Origin: Bacteroidia bacterium | GTDB taxonomy: Bacteria; Bacteroidota; Bacteroidia; M30B66 | Direction: 5' to 3' | NCBI GenBank assembly: GCA_965279035.1 | Contig: OZ257142.1 | Coordinates: forward strand, 96,001 to 160,000 | DNA length: 64,000 nucleotides | Shown: positions 9,421-19,514 of the stretch, piece after piece | Numbering within the stretch: the stretch's first letter is position 1 | Layout of the letters: every line of letters starts with the position of its first letter | Notes under the pieces: generated by a model | What the model was told of the DNA's origin: nothing | The model's database searches: none | The model's input: only the letters and a program-made list of their open reading frames with translations | Translations under genes and position numbers: made by a program

Positions 9421-10263
9421 ATGCAAACGAATATACTAATAACAGGAGCTTCTGGTTTTTTAGCAAGCGCCTTACATTCATTACTCTCTAAAAATCCAGA
9501 ATTTCGTTTGTATGGTATTAGCCGTCAAAATTCATCGCTCATTAAAGGCTATTCACAAGTATTTAAAACCATTGACGAATTAATTGAATCGGATATAGTT
9601 CTCGAACATATTTATTTTTTATCAGGACATATTCCTTATGGTGCTTATAACCAACCCGATTCTACTTTATTTGAAGCAAATGCAGAGCAGGCTTATAAAT
9701 TGAGCGTGGCATTTCCTAAAGCACGAATTGTTTATGCTTCTAGTATTGCTGTTTATGGAACTCCGTTATCTCTTCCAATTTCAGAAAACAGTCCATTCAA
9801 TAATCCAACACTTTATGGATTATCTAAATTAGCAGGTGAATTAGCAGTGAAAACATCTGCATCCTATGCTATACTTCGTTTTAGCTCACTCATTGGAAAA
9901 GGGATGAAGCCTATTACCATTTTCCCTAAAATGATAGTAGAAGCTAAATCAACGAAGAAAATTCAGGTTTATGGCGATGGCAGCCGGTTGCAGTCCTATT
10001 TGGATGTAAATGATGCTGCTAAAATGTGCTTGTGTGCAATGAATTCAACTGAAAATTTTGTTGCATTAGGAGTTGGAAAAAACTCGCTTCAAAACAAGGA
10101 ATTAGCTGAAATTATTGCTCGCAAAACCAATGCTGAGGTTTCATTTATTGGCTCAGATACAAGTCCATCATTTCAATTTGATGCTTCCTTATCTTGGCAA
10201 TTGCTTAATTTCACACCCGAAATTTCAATTGAAACATCCATCGAACACTTTATAAATTCCTAA
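9421..10263 (+). CDS. NAD-dependent epimerase/dehydratase (extended SDR)
   Basis: ILITGASGFLA, SSIAVYG, YGLSK, VYGDGSRLQSY. Confidence 0.88.
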   Translation: MQTNILITGASGFLASALHSLLSKNPEFRLYGISRQNSSLIKGYSQVFKTIDELIESDIVLEHIYFLSGHIPYGAYNQPDSTLFEANAEQAYKLSVAFPKARIVYASSIAVYGTPLSLPISENSPFNNPTLYGLSKLAGELAVKTSASYAILRFSSLIGKGMKPITIFPKMIVEAKSTKKIQVYGDGSRLQSYLDVNDAAKMCLCAMNSTENFVALGVGKNSLQNKELAEIIARKTNAEVSFIGSDTSPSFQFDASLSWQLLNFTPEISIETSIEHFINS

Positions 10264-11229
10264 ATGAAAAGAATTCTTGTAACTGGTATTGGCGGTGTTG
10301 TGGGGCAAGGAATTTTAAGAAATATTCGATCAGCATATCACGATATTTATTTGGTTGGAACCAATGTAACAGCAATATCTTCAGGGAATTTCTATTGCGA
10401 TAAAGTCTTTAAAGTGCCCTTCTCTTATGAAGATTCTTTTAGAACAGAAATACGTAAAATTGTTCTCGATGAGAAAATCGATTTGATTATTCCGAGTACA
10501 GATTATGAATCATATTATTTGGGTTTATATCAGTCGGATTTCTCTTGCCCTGTTGCTTGTTCACCTCCCGAAGTCACTGCAATGTGTCTTGATAAATTTA
10601 AAACCTATCAAGCATTTGTTGAGAAATCAATTCCATTTGCAGGTTCATTAATCCCTGCAGAATATCAAAATCAATTTGATAAAACATTAGTCAAACCAAG
10701 AGAAGGAAGAGGCTCACGCAATATTTTCTATAATCCTGAACATCCCGAAAAATTTGATGAAACTTATGTTGTTCAAGAATTATTAGAAGGTCCTGAAATA
10801 ACTACTACGTTTTATGTAGATAAAAATGGCGCATTGCTAGGTATGATCACCTTTAAACGTGAGCTAGAAATGGGAAATACCACACGATGTGAAGTTGTTT
10901 CAGAATACGACTTAGAATTGGAACCGCTGATTCGAAAAATGATTGCAGCATTTCCCTTCAAAGGTTCCTGCAATGTTCAGTCGATAGTGACATCCAAGGG
11001 AATTATTCCTTTCGAAATTAATTGTAGAATATCAGGTACAAATTCGGTGCGCTCACAATTTGGATTTCCAGATGTGAAATTTACGATTGATGAATTGGTG
11101 TTTGATTTAAATTTAGAAAAGCCCCAAATCACTGAAGGATGCGTGATGCGGATTATTTTAGATGCTGTTTTCCCCAATAAAAAGTTGAGTGAAATAACAA
11201 ACGCTGATCATGATTTCTATATTTATTAA
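10264..11229 (+). CDS. ATP-grasp protein (carbamoyl-phosphate synthase-like, Rossmann-like N-terminus)
   Basis: ILVTGIGG, IDLIIPSTDYE, CLDK, VKPREGRGS, VVQELLEG, FEINCRISG. Confidence 0.88.
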   Translation: MKRILVTGIGGVVGQGILRNIRSAYHDIYLVGTNVTAISSGNFYCDKVFKVPFSYEDSFRTEIRKIVLDEKIDLIIPSTDYESYYLGLYQSDFSCPVACSPPEVTAMCLDKFKTYQAFVEKSIPFAGSLIPAEYQNQFDKTLVKPREGRGSRNIFYNPEHPEKFDETYVVQELLEGPEITTTFYVDKNGALLGMITFKRELEMGNTTRCEVVSEYDLELEPLIRKMIAAFPFKGSCNVQSIVTSKGIIPFEINCRISGTNSVRSQFGFPDVKFTIDELVFDLNLEKPQITEGCVMRIILDAVFPNKKLSEITNADHDFYIY

Positions 11230-11232
11230 AAC

Positions 11233-11871
11233 ATGATAAAAGCTGTTTTTTTTGATGTTGCCAATACTCTTCTGCAAAAGCCTGCATTTCTTCTTTCTGT
11301 AGCAAAAGTTCTTGACGAAAATGGAATAAAATGTTCGCTGGAAGAATTGGAATTAAAACATAAAATTGTTTCAGAGATATCTATTTTCCCCGATAAAACC
11401 AGCAAAGATTTTTATCATCAATACAATGCAGATTTCTTTATGTCGCTAGGTATTCTTCCGACAGAGAAATTATTGGATGATGTTTTTAAAGCATGTTCCT
11501 ATTTGCCGTGGATGCCTTTTGAGGACACGGAAATTCTTCAATCGCTTAATTTACCAATGGGAATTCTATCGAATTGGGATGGCTCATTAAAAGATAAATT
11601 AACTCAATATTTTCCTGTTCAATTTCATTGGGTAATTGGTTCTTTTGATTCTGGAATTCGTAAACCCGAACTTGGATTTTATCAACAAGCAATTGATCTA
11701 ACAGGATATCTTCCCGAAGAAATTGTTTATGTTGGTGACTCCATTCGCTTGGATATTCTCCCTGCTAAAAAATTAGGAATGAAAGCCATATTAATTGATA
11801 GAGCTGGTGTTTATCCTTTTTCTGATGTTGAGAGGATTTATAATTTATCTGAAATTACTCGGTATTTATGA
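11233..11871 (+). CDS. HAD-IA family hydrolase
   Basis: FFDVANTL, LSNWD, RKP, VGDSIRLD. Confidence 0.88.
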   Translation: MIKAVFFDVANTLLQKPAFLLSVAKVLDENGIKCSLEELELKHKIVSEISIFPDKTSKDFYHQYNADFFMSLGILPTEKLLDDVFKACSYLPWMPFEDTEILQSLNLPMGILSNWDGSLKDKLTQYFPVQFHWVIGSFDSGIRKPELGFYQQAIDLTGYLPEEIVYVGDSIRLDILPAKKLGMKAILIDRAGVYPFSDVERIYNLSEITRYL

Positions 11872-12512
11872 TGCGATTAGCCATTATTGGAGCTGGTGAT
11901 TTAGGTGTTCAAGTTGCTTGGCATGCTTCTCAAACGGGAGAATTTAATGTTTGTGGATTCTTTGATGATGTAAAACAACCAGGTGAAATCGTTGAAGGAA
12001 TTCCAGTTTTAGGTCCATCCAATTCCATTGAAACTTTTTATAAATCGGGGCAATTTGATTGTTTGTTTATCGCCATTGGATATAAACACATGGCATTTCG
12101 CGAACGTTTGTTTGAGCAGTATGTTGGAAAAATCCCTTTTGCTACCATCATTCATCCTTCTGCTATAGTCGATTCATCTGCCATTATTGAAGAAGGTTCA
12201 ATTCTATATTCGGGCTGTGTGATTGATATGAATGCACATGTTGGACGAAATGTTTTGTTGAATGTAGGATGTGTCATTGCCCATCATAGTTCTGTAGGTG
12301 ATCATTGTTTTTTTTCGCCTTCGGTGAGTTTGGCGGGATTTATTCAAGTTGGACCAAAGGTTAATTTAGGAATTGGGACTTTGGTCATTGATAATATTCA
12401 ACTTTGCGAAGGAACTAAAACGGGAGCAGGAGCTGTTGTAATTTCATCAACTACAGAGCCTGGTTTGTATGTGGGAATTCCTGCAAAAAAAATTAAGAAC
12501 CTCGAACCATGA
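11868..12512 (+). CDS. NeuD/PglD-family sugar acetyltransferase (left-handed beta-helix)
   Basis: IIGAGDLG, FIAIG, TIIHPSA, hexapeptide repeats, GAGAVV, YVGIPAK. Confidence 0.88.
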   Translation: MMRLAIIGAGDLGVQVAWHASQTGEFNVCGFFDDVKQPGEIVEGIPVLGPSNSIETFYKSGQFDCLFIAIGYKHMAFRERLFEQYVGKIPFATIIHPSAIVDSSAIIEEGSILYSGCVIDMNAHVGRNVLLNVGCVIAHHSSVGDHCFFSPSVSLAGFIQVGPKVNLGIGTLVIDNIQLCEGTKTGAGAVVISSTTEPGLYVGIPAKKIKNLEP

Positions 12513-13456
12513 GCACTATAAAAAAATTATCCCTCGTTGTTCCAGTCTATTTTGAAGAAGATTGTATTGATCAATTTCTGAAAGAAACAGCGTTTGAGCT
12601 CGAAAAACTACATATCGATTATGAGTATGTATTTGTTGATGATGGTAGTAAAGACCGAACCACCGAAATCATTCGAAATTATGCTCAAGAAAATCCTAGA
12701 ATAAAACTGGTTGAGTTCTCCTATAATCATGGAAAACAAGCAGCAGTAACTGCCGGAATTGCATACTCTACTGGAGATTATTTGCTTTATATGGATCCGG
12801 ATTTACAAGATCCGCCCGATGAAATTGTACGCTTTGTTGCCGAAATTGAAAAGGGATATGATCTCGTTTTTGGAATCAGAAAAGAGAAAAAAGATTCCTG
12901 GATTAATACCCAAATGTCGCGCTTGTTTTGGTACACACTTGAACGATTTACAGGTTTAAATATTCCTCCAGGACTTGCCGTAATGCGGATTTTCAACCGA
13001 AAATTTGCCGATCAATTTCTCCTATATGGCGAGAAAAATAGATTTATTGAAGGTATTTTCATGCATATTGGAATGAGGTGGACAACCATAGAAATTCACC
13101 AACGTGAACGCTTTGCCGGTGTTTCGAAATTCAATTTTAAACGTAAAATGCAGCTTGCCTTTAATGCTATTCTCGATTATTCGGAATTGCCTTTAAAAAT
13201 TGCTGTTCGCCTTGGATTTATTCTATCATTAATCGGGTTCTTATCGGTTATAACCATCATTTTCTTAAAGCTGTTTGTTTTTGATTTCCAAGCGGGTTGG
13301 CCTTCGGTTTTCAGCCTGTTTTTGATGGGATTTGGTTTTCAACTTTTCTTTATTGGTATTGCTGCATTGTACGTTGGGAAAATTTACAAAGAGGTTAAAA
13401 ACAGACCTTTGTTTTCGGTGAAACGCTTGACGAATATTGAATCAGATCCGGTTTAA
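12509..13456 (+). CDS. GT2 glycosyltransferase, GtrB/ArnC-like polyprenyl-phosphate glycosyltransferase
   Basis: LSLVVPVYFEE, VDDGSKD, NHGKQAA, MDPDLQDPP, RFAGVSK, two C-terminal TM helices, EVKNRPLF. Confidence 0.88.
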   Translation: MSTIKKLSLVVPVYFEEDCIDQFLKETAFELEKLHIDYEYVFVDDGSKDRTTEIIRNYAQENPRIKLVEFSYNHGKQAAVTAGIAYSTGDYLLYMDPDLQDPPDEIVRFVAEIEKGYDLVFGIRKEKKDSWINTQMSRLFWYTLERFTGLNIPPGLAVMRIFNRKFADQFLLYGEKNRFIEGIFMHIGMRWTTIEIHQRERFAGVSKFNFKRKMQLAFNAILDYSELPLKIAVRLGFILSLIGFLSVITIIFLKLFVFDFQAGWPSVFSLFLMGFGFQLFFIGIAALYVGKIYKEVKNRPLFSVKRLTNIESDPV

Positions 13457-13618
13457 ATTCGAGCATTTTGAAAAATGAATTGCCTTTTTTTATTGAACTA
13501 GGTGCTTGAATTCTATTGCTATTTGTTTTCTTACAAAATACCTTAGAACTAAATGCCTTTCGTTTTGAAGGATATACTTAATTTGGCTGCGTTTTTATTG
13601 ATTAACCCAGAATAAGGA

Positions 13619-14767
13619 ATGTCTGCAAATACTGAAATTATCTCTTTTAATAAGCCCTATTTATCGGGGAATGAATTAGACTATATCAAGGAAGCAGTGC
13701 TTTCTAAAAAGATTTCGGGTGATGGAATGTTTACGGGAAAATGTCATTCCTTTTTCCAACAACGTTTTGGTTTTCAGAAAACGCTACTCACCACTTCCTG
13801 CACTGATGCTCTCGAAATGGCTGCTATTCTTTTGAATATTGAGCCGGGTGATGAAGTGATTGCTCCTTCGTATACGTTCGTATCGACAGTGAACGCATTT
13901 ATACTTCGTGGGGCTAAAATCTTTTTTTGTGATAGTTCGGAGCAATCGCCCAATATGGATGAAACGCTTATCGAATCCTTAATTACTCCTCGCACCAAAG
14001 TGATTATTCCTGTGCATTATGCAGGTATTGCTTGTAATATGGATCCGATTCTAGAATTAGCTAAGAAACACGGAATTGCCGTTGTGGAAGATGCTGCTCA
14101 AGCCATTGATTCATACTACAAAGGAAAAGCATTGGGAAGTTTAGGTGCGCTTTCGGCATTTTCGTTTCATGAAACAAAAAACATTATTTCCGGCGAAGGT
14201 GGAATGCTCGTGATTAATGACTCGAAATTCAACGGTCGTGCTGAAATAATTCGTGAAAAAGGAACTAACCGTTCGGCATTTTTTAGGGGCGAAGTGGATA
14301 AGTATAATTGGGTGGATATGGGTTCGTCCTTTTTGCCATCCGACATTATTGCTGCGTTCCTATTTGCTCAGTTAGAAAACTTGGAACTCATTCAAGCAAA
14401 ACGAAAATCAATTTGGGAATTCTATCATCAGTCGTTTAAAACATTGCAAGATGAAGGCAAATTGAAAATGCCTTTTATTCCCGATTATGCTACAAATAAT
14501 GCACACATGTTTTATTTGGAATGCCGAACAATTGAGGAACGTACAGCTTTGATTACTCATTTAAAGAAAGAAGGAATTTATGCTGTATTCCATTATCTTT
14601 CTTTACATAAAAGCGACTTTTACAGAAATCGTCACGATGGGCGTGAGTTAATTTGGTCGGATCATTATTCTGACTGCTTGCTCCGTTTGCCTTTTTATTT
14701 TGAATTATCTGATAGCGATTTAGCTCGTATTTCGAATTCAATCCTTTCTTTTTATAAGCAACACTGA
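13619..14767 (+). CDS. rffA: dTDP-4-amino-4,6-dideoxygalactose transaminase (WecE/RffA)
   Basis: LLTTSCTDALEM, PSYTFVST, VHYAG, EDAAQ, FSFHETKN, REKGTNR, GEVDKY, LLRLPF. Confidence 0.9.
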   Translation: MSANTEIISFNKPYLSGNELDYIKEAVLSKKISGDGMFTGKCHSFFQQRFGFQKTLLTTSCTDALEMAAILLNIEPGDEVIAPSYTFVSTVNAFILRGAKIFFCDSSEQSPNMDETLIESLITPRTKVIIPVHYAGIACNMDPILELAKKHGIAVVEDAAQAIDSYYKGKALGSLGALSAFSFHETKNIISGEGGMLVINDSKFNGRAEIIREKGTNRSAFFRGEVDKYNWVDMGSSFLPSDIIAAFLFAQLENLELIQAKRKSIWEFYHQSFKTLQDEGKLKMPFIPDYATNNAHMFYLECRTIEERTALITHLKKEGIYAVFHYLSLHKSDFYRNRHDGRELIWSDHYSDCLLRLPFYFELSDSDLARISNSILSFYKQH

Positions 14768-14769
14768 TT

Positions 14770-15135
14770 ATGGGTTATCTCTATATTTTTCTCACAATAG
14801 CATTTACCGTTTACGGACAGCTCGTTTTAAAATGGCGAATGAATATGAAAGGACAAATGCCTGAAGCATTGTCGGATAAATTTCAATTCATGTTGCATGC
14901 TTACCTCGATCCTTGGATTATTTCGGGATTTGTGATCGCCTTTATGGCCAGTATAACGTGGTCGATGGCAATGACGAAATTCCAGCTTTCGCAGGCGTAT
15001 CCGTTTATGAGCTTGTCGTTTGTGCTGGTTTTTATACTGAGTGCTTTGTTTTTTAACGAACAAATGACTTCATACAAGATTATTGGAAGCGCGCTGATTG
15101 TATTGGGAATATTTGTCATTGCTCGATCTAAATAA
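14770..15135 (+). CDS. EamA/SMR-like small transporter (ArnE/ArnF-like flippase subunit)
   Basis: 121 aa, four TM helices, GQLVLKW, LSQAYPFMSLSF. Confidence 0.82.
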   Translation: MGYLYIFLTIAFTVYGQLVLKWRMNMKGQMPEALSDKFQFMLHAYLDPWIISGFVIAFMASITWSMAMTKFQLSQAYPFMSLSFVLVFILSALFFNEQMTSYKIIGSALIVLGIFVIARSK

Positions 15136-15174
15136 GAAGATTGAGCTTAGATGACATTCTATATTATACAAGAA

Positions 15175-15278
15175 TGCCTGCGTGATGGATTGAAAGGGGT
15201 GAAGCGTGCTTGCACCGGAGCGATAGCGCAGCCCTGCAAAGCCAGACCCGAAGCTTGCGTAGGGGCACGCCCAAAAAA
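15175..15278 (+). ncRNA. Flavo-1-like structured RNA or intergenic repeat
   Basis: GC-rich island GCGTGATGGATTGAAAGGGG...GCCCTGCAAAGCCAGACCC...GGGGCACGCCC with nested pairings GCGTG/CACGC, TGG/CCA, AGGG/CCCT; resembles Bacteroidota Flavo-1 elements as I recall them. Confidence 0.5.
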
Positions 15279-15279
15279 C

Positions 15280-17316
15280 TTAACGATTCGCTGTTTCTTT
15301 TGCTTTGCTCAAACCTGATTTTAGGAAATTGAGATAGTTCTCTTTGCTCGTGTAACCTACCGGTTCGGCGAGTTGCTTGCCTTCGGGCGAAAGAGCAACG
15401 TATTGTGGCTGCGAGTTCGTATTGAAATTTACTACTTGCATGTTGCTCCATTTATTCCCTACAGTGCGCACGCGTTTACCCGTTTTGCAGCTTGTAAACC
15501 ATTCGGATTCAGGAAGTTTAGCTTTCTCGTCGACATATAATGAAACGAGTACATATTCTTCGCTCATGATTTTTTTCACTTCGGGATCGATCCAAACACC
15601 TTCTTCCATGCGGCGACAATTAACGCATGCCCAACCGGTGAAATCGATGAGTAAAGGCTTGTTTTCCTTGAGAGCACGCGCTTTTGCAACTTCATAATCG
15701 TGTTCGCAAGGAATGCCTTGAGGACAATGATCATCGCCTGTTGTTTCGGTTTTCTTCTCCGATTGAGCGGCATAACTGTAAAACGTTGGAGGTGGAAAAC
15801 CGGAGATGAGTTCGAGACCAGCACCGAAAATTCCGCTGGTAAAATACACTCCACAAGCAAAGAAGAATGTTGCTAAACCGATGCGGAATGCACTGCGTTT
15901 TTTGAGTTTGCTATCGTGTGGAAAACGAATGAAACCTAATAGATACAAGGCTAAACCAAAAGCTAAAACTGCCCAAATAGCTAAGAAAGGCTCACGTTTG
16001 AGAATTCCCCATTGCTCAACTAAATCGGCATTGGAAAGGAATTTCAGCGCCATTCCAAGTTCCAAGAAACCTAGTACGACTTTGACGGAGTTGAGCCATC
16101 CACCACTTTTAGGAAGTGAGTTTAACCAAGCAGGAAAAGCTGCAAAGAGCGCAAAAGGAAGTCCGAGTGCCGAGCCAAATCCGAGCATAACAAACAGAAT
16201 ATTATACGGATCGGGATTGGTTGCTAAGGTTCCGGCGAGGAAAGAACCAAGGATTGGTCCGGTACAGCTAAATGAAACCAAAGCCAATGTGATCGCCATA
16301 AAGAACACACCGATGAAACCGCCCAAGTTGGAAGCGCTATCTGCTTTATTTGCTAAAGAGGAAGGAAGTTGGATTTCGAAATACCCAAAAAAGGAGATGG
16401 AGAATACAACGAAAATGACAAAGAAAACGATGTTCAACACCGCGCTAGTAGCGATTTCGTTGAGTGTGTCGGGTGGAACTTTTGCCACAATAAACGGCAC
16501 TGCCAACAAGGTATAAATAGCCGCAATGGACAATCCATACGTTACAGCCATGATGAGTCCTTTGCGTCGGTTTTGAGCGCTCTTGGTGAAGAAGCTAACT
16601 GTTAGCGGAATCATTGGAAACACACATGGAGTTAGCAATGCCACTAGTCCACCACCGAATCCCAATAAGAAAATAAACCAGTAGCTCTGTGCTTCTGCTG
16701 ATGTTTGTTTGCTGTTAAGTCCCTCGATTACGTAGTCTTTGCAATTATCAGGACCACCCGTTGAAGGACCAACTGTTTGAGTTGTTGCATTGGAATCTCC
16801 CGTTGGAGCAAGTTGTGCTGTACTTGTATCGATCGCAGATGTATTAATAGCCGCTATTTTGCGCCCTTTGATGATGAATGAAAAGGGTTGTTGATCGAAG
16901 GGAATGCAGCCTTGATCGTCGCATGTCATTCCACTTATTTCGCCCGTTACTTTGAAATCCTTGCCGCTTTTGATTCGAATTTCTTGGGTGAACGTGACTT
17001 TCTTATCCTTGAACGTGCTCACATCAACACCAAAAAGATCGTCGTGAACTGTTTCTGGTTTAGGCTCTTTTACTTTTCCAATGGTTGAGAAATCCTTGCT
17101 TTTATTGAATTCAAAAATGGTTGGAAGTGGACCACCTTCAGGTGTGAATTGCGAATACAGATGGTGTCCGCCCGACATGCTTGCGATGAAAGAAAGAACT
17201 TCGGTGCTGTCGTTTGTTCGTTTTTGACTGAACGACCAAGTGATCATTGTCTGAATTTGAGCAGAAGCATTGATCGTAAAAAGGAGAAGAAAGAAGCTGG
17301 TGAGAATTCTTTTCAT
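15280..17316 (-). CDS. dsbD: Thiol:disulfide interchange protein DsbD (N-terminal Ig domain, TM domain, thioredoxin)
   Basis: CDDQGC, LLTPCVFPMIP, SFSCTGP, LPKSGGWL, DFTGWACVNCRRME; start moved to ATG 17316 (signal peptide). Confidence 0.88.
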   Translation of the reverse strand: MKRILTSFFLLLFTINASAQIQTMITWSFSQKRTNDSTEVLSFIASMSGGHHLYSQFTPEGGPLPTIFEFNKSKDFSTIGKVKEPKPETVHDDLFGVDVSTFKDKKVTFTQEIRIKSGKDFKVTGEISGMTCDDQGCIPFDQQPFSFIIKGRKIAAINTSAIDTSTAQLAPTGDSNATTQTVGPSTGGPDNCKDYVIEGLNSKQTSAEAQSYWFIFLLGFGGGLVALLTPCVFPMIPLTVSFFTKSAQNRRKGLIMAVTYGLSIAAIYTLLAVPFIVAKVPPDTLNEIATSAVLNIVFFVIFVVFSISFFGYFEIQLPSSLANKADSASNLGGFIGVFFMAITLALVSFSCTGPILGSFLAGTLATNPDPYNILFVMLGFGSALGLPFALFAAFPAWLNSLPKSGGWLNSVKVVLGFLELGMALKFLSNADLVEQWGILKREPFLAIWAVLAFGLALYLLGFIRFPHDSKLKKRSAFRIGLATFFFACGVYFTSGIFGAGLELISGFPPPTFYSYAAQSEKKTETTGDDHCPQGIPCEHDYEVAKARALKENKPLLIDFTGWACVNCRRMEEGVWIDPEVKKIMSEEYVLVSLYVDEKAKLPESEWFTSCKTGKRVRTVGNKWSNMQVVNFNTNSQPQYVALSPEGKQLAEPVGYTSKENYLNFLKSGLSKAKETANR

Positions 17317-17329
17317 AGGAGATTTTGGT

Positions 17330-18988
17330 TCAGAGAGCAGCATTTTTTTCCTTGCTGCTATTGCTAACAAGTTTATTGGAATTGAGCAACTCGATGGCTT
17401 TGAGAATGGATTTGTCGCGGGAGTTCTGAATGGAATAAAAACCTTCGTTTCCATAGAGAGAACGCCCCATTAAGGCAAGAAGCTGGGTGCGAATTATTTC
17501 GGAAGAACGTGTCATTCCTAACACATCGGCTTTCACGCCATTTTTTGAGACAAAGGCAGCAAAATCGGTTAGAGGATAATTTTGATACGCTTTAGCAAAT
17601 CCATCTGCTGTTTTGAATTTTGCTTTGATTTCGTTGCGGTGACCATCGATGTATTCGAAAGCAAAACGATTGATTAATCCTTTGGCTACAATTTCTGAGA
17701 GAAAGCTGGAATAACCACTCGTATCAATGGGAATGAACACATCGGGCATGATACCACCACCACCGTAAACAACTCTTCCCGAAGGTGTTTTGAATGCAAT
17801 TCCTTTCATGCTTTTCATGGAATCGGAACTAGCCATTTCGCCACGAGCATAACGTTCGCCGAGTTCGTGATAATAGGCGTCTGTTCCTTCTTGATAGGAT
17901 TTTTGAATGCATCTGCCTGTGGGCGTATAATAACGTGCAATAGTTAAACGCATGGCTGAACTATCATCAAAACGCACTTCTTCTTGCACAAGACCTTTAC
18001 CAAAGGAGCGACGACCAACAACCCAACCGCGATCATTATCTTGAACAGCACCAGAAACAATTTCTGAAGCAGAAGCAGAACCTTCATCAATGAGAATGAC
18101 CAATCCACCCGATTCGAATCCACCTTTTGCAGTAGCATCAAAATCTTCGCGTTTGCGGGCTTTTCCTTGTGTGTAGACAATCTTTTTTCCTTTGGGAAGA
18201 AATTCATCACATAAATCAACGGCTGCATTTAAGTATCCACCGGGATTATCACGCAAATCGAGAATGAGTTTTTTCATTCCGTTCATGCTTAATTGATTGA
18301 ATGCTTTGAGGTATTCGTCGTAGGTAGTAGCTGCAAATCGGGTAATTTTGATGTATCCGATTCCAGGAGAAACCATGTAGCTGGCTTCGACTGAGTAAAG
18401 AGGAATTTGTCCGCGGGTGATTGTGTATTGGGTGATTTTATGAAGCGAAGGGCGAAAGATTCCGACTTTCACTTTCGTACCGCGTTTGCCTCGAAGTTTC
18501 TTGATAACATCTTCGTTCTTCACTCCTACTCCGGCGATGCTTTTTCCTTCGATACTGACGATACGATCACCACTTTGGATTCCGAGCTCTTCGGAAGGAC
18601 CGCCCGTAATGGCAGCAACCACCATAATGGTATCGCGTTGAATGTTGAATTCTACACCGATTCCGTCGAAATTTCCTTCGAGTTGCTCGCTAACACCTTG
18701 AAGTTCGGAAGCTGGAATGTAAGCCGAATGGGGATCTAATTGTTGAAGTAAAGAAACGATAGCATCTTCTTCCAATTTTTTGGTGTTGATGGTATCGACA
18801 TATTCTTCGATAATGTAGTTAAGTACGTCGTTGAGTTTATTGTCTTTCCCCTTTAAACTAAAACCCTTTTTGTGATTTCCTACCGTTGAATTTCCAGAGA
18901 GGAAATAGCCAATAAAGACACCAGAAGCAATAGCAGCACCTAATAAAAATGGAAGAAAAATAGTAACGCGTGAGCGGTTGGAATTCAT
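17330..18988 (-). CDS. S41 family C-terminal processing peptidase (PDZ)
   Basis: LDPHSAY, FDGIG, LDLRDNPGG, SASASEI, RSFGKGLVQ. Confidence 0.93.
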   Translation of the reverse strand: MNSNRSRVTIFLPFLLGAAIASGVFIGYFLSGNSTVGNHKKGFSLKGKDNKLNDVLNYIIEEYVDTINTKKLEEDAIVSLLQQLDPHSAYIPASELQGVSEQLEGNFDGIGVEFNIQRDTIMVVAAITGGPSEELGIQSGDRIVSIEGKSIAGVGVKNEDVIKKLRGKRGTKVKVGIFRPSLHKITQYTITRGQIPLYSVEASYMVSPGIGYIKITRFAATTYDEYLKAFNQLSMNGMKKLILDLRDNPGGYLNAAVDLCDEFLPKGKKIVYTQGKARKREDFDATAKGGFESGGLVILIDEGSASASEIVSGAVQDNDRGWVVGRRSFGKGLVQEEVRFDDSSAMRLTIARYYTPTGRCIQKSYQEGTDAYYHELGERYARGEMASSDSMKSMKGIAFKTPSGRVVYGGGGIMPDVFIPIDTSGYSSFLSEIVAKGLINRFAFEYIDGHRNEIKAKFKTADGFAKAYQNYPLTDFAAFVSKNGVKADVLGMTRSSEIIRTQLLALMGRSLYGNEGFYSIQNSRDKSILKAIELLNSNKLVSNSSKEKNAAL

Positions 18989-19046
18989 GGTTTGTATTTC
19001 TGAACTGCTATGAACGTAAAAAGTAGTCGGAATGATTTAAATAACC

Positions 19047-19514
19047 TTACAAAATTTCATAATGATCTACCTCAACGCCGAATTTTCGAAGAAACTCAAC
19101 CCCTTCATCGATGTCCATTCCTTTGTAAACAGCGTAGGAATTTAAGAAAATTACCTTTTTAATTCCAACTGACAGTATGATACGGGCACAGGATAAACAA
19201 GGTGAAAGTGTCACGTACAAGGTGCTTCCATCGAGGTCGGTTTTGTTTTTTGCGGCATATAAGATCGCATTGGCTTCGGCGTGTAATGCGAGGTAGCAGC
19301 TTCCTTTTCTATCACGAGCGCAACCGGTTTCGGGCCATTCTTCATCGCAATTGTGCGTTCCTGCTGGTGGTCCGTTGTAACCAAGGGAAATAATGCGAGT
19401 GTCTTTGGTGAGGACTGCTCCTACTTTTTGTTTCACGCAATGAGAGCGCAAAGCTAAGCTGGAAGCAAGATCCATGTATATCTGGTTGAAAGATGGTACT
19501 GTCTCTTTTTTCAT
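19047..19514 (-). CDS. dCMP deaminase (ComEB family)
   Basis: GYNG, HAEANAI, TLSPCLSC. Confidence 0.92.
   Translation of the reverse strand: MKKETVPSFNQIYMDLASSLALRSHCVKQKVGAVLTKDTRIISLGYNGPPAGTHNCDEEWPETGCARDRKGSCYLALHAEANAILYAAKNKTDLDGSTLYVTLSPCLSCARIILSVGIKKVIFLNSYAVYKGMDIDEGVEFLRKFGVEVDHYEIL

Noticed and set aside
8969-11229. ATP-grasp RiPP (graspetide) cluster using the small ORF as precursor
   Set aside because: The peptide has almost no Asp/Glu and has a TM helix; the ATP-grasp sits among sugar-modifying genes
15164-15451. 95-aa minus-strand ORF across the GC-rich element
   Set aside because: Overlaps dsbD out of frame and has no protein-like features; better explained by the RNA-like element
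15806-16516. 236-aa plus-strand ORF
   Set aside because: Antisense shadow of the dsbD TM region; its Lys-rich composition is expected from reverse-complemented Phe/Leu codons
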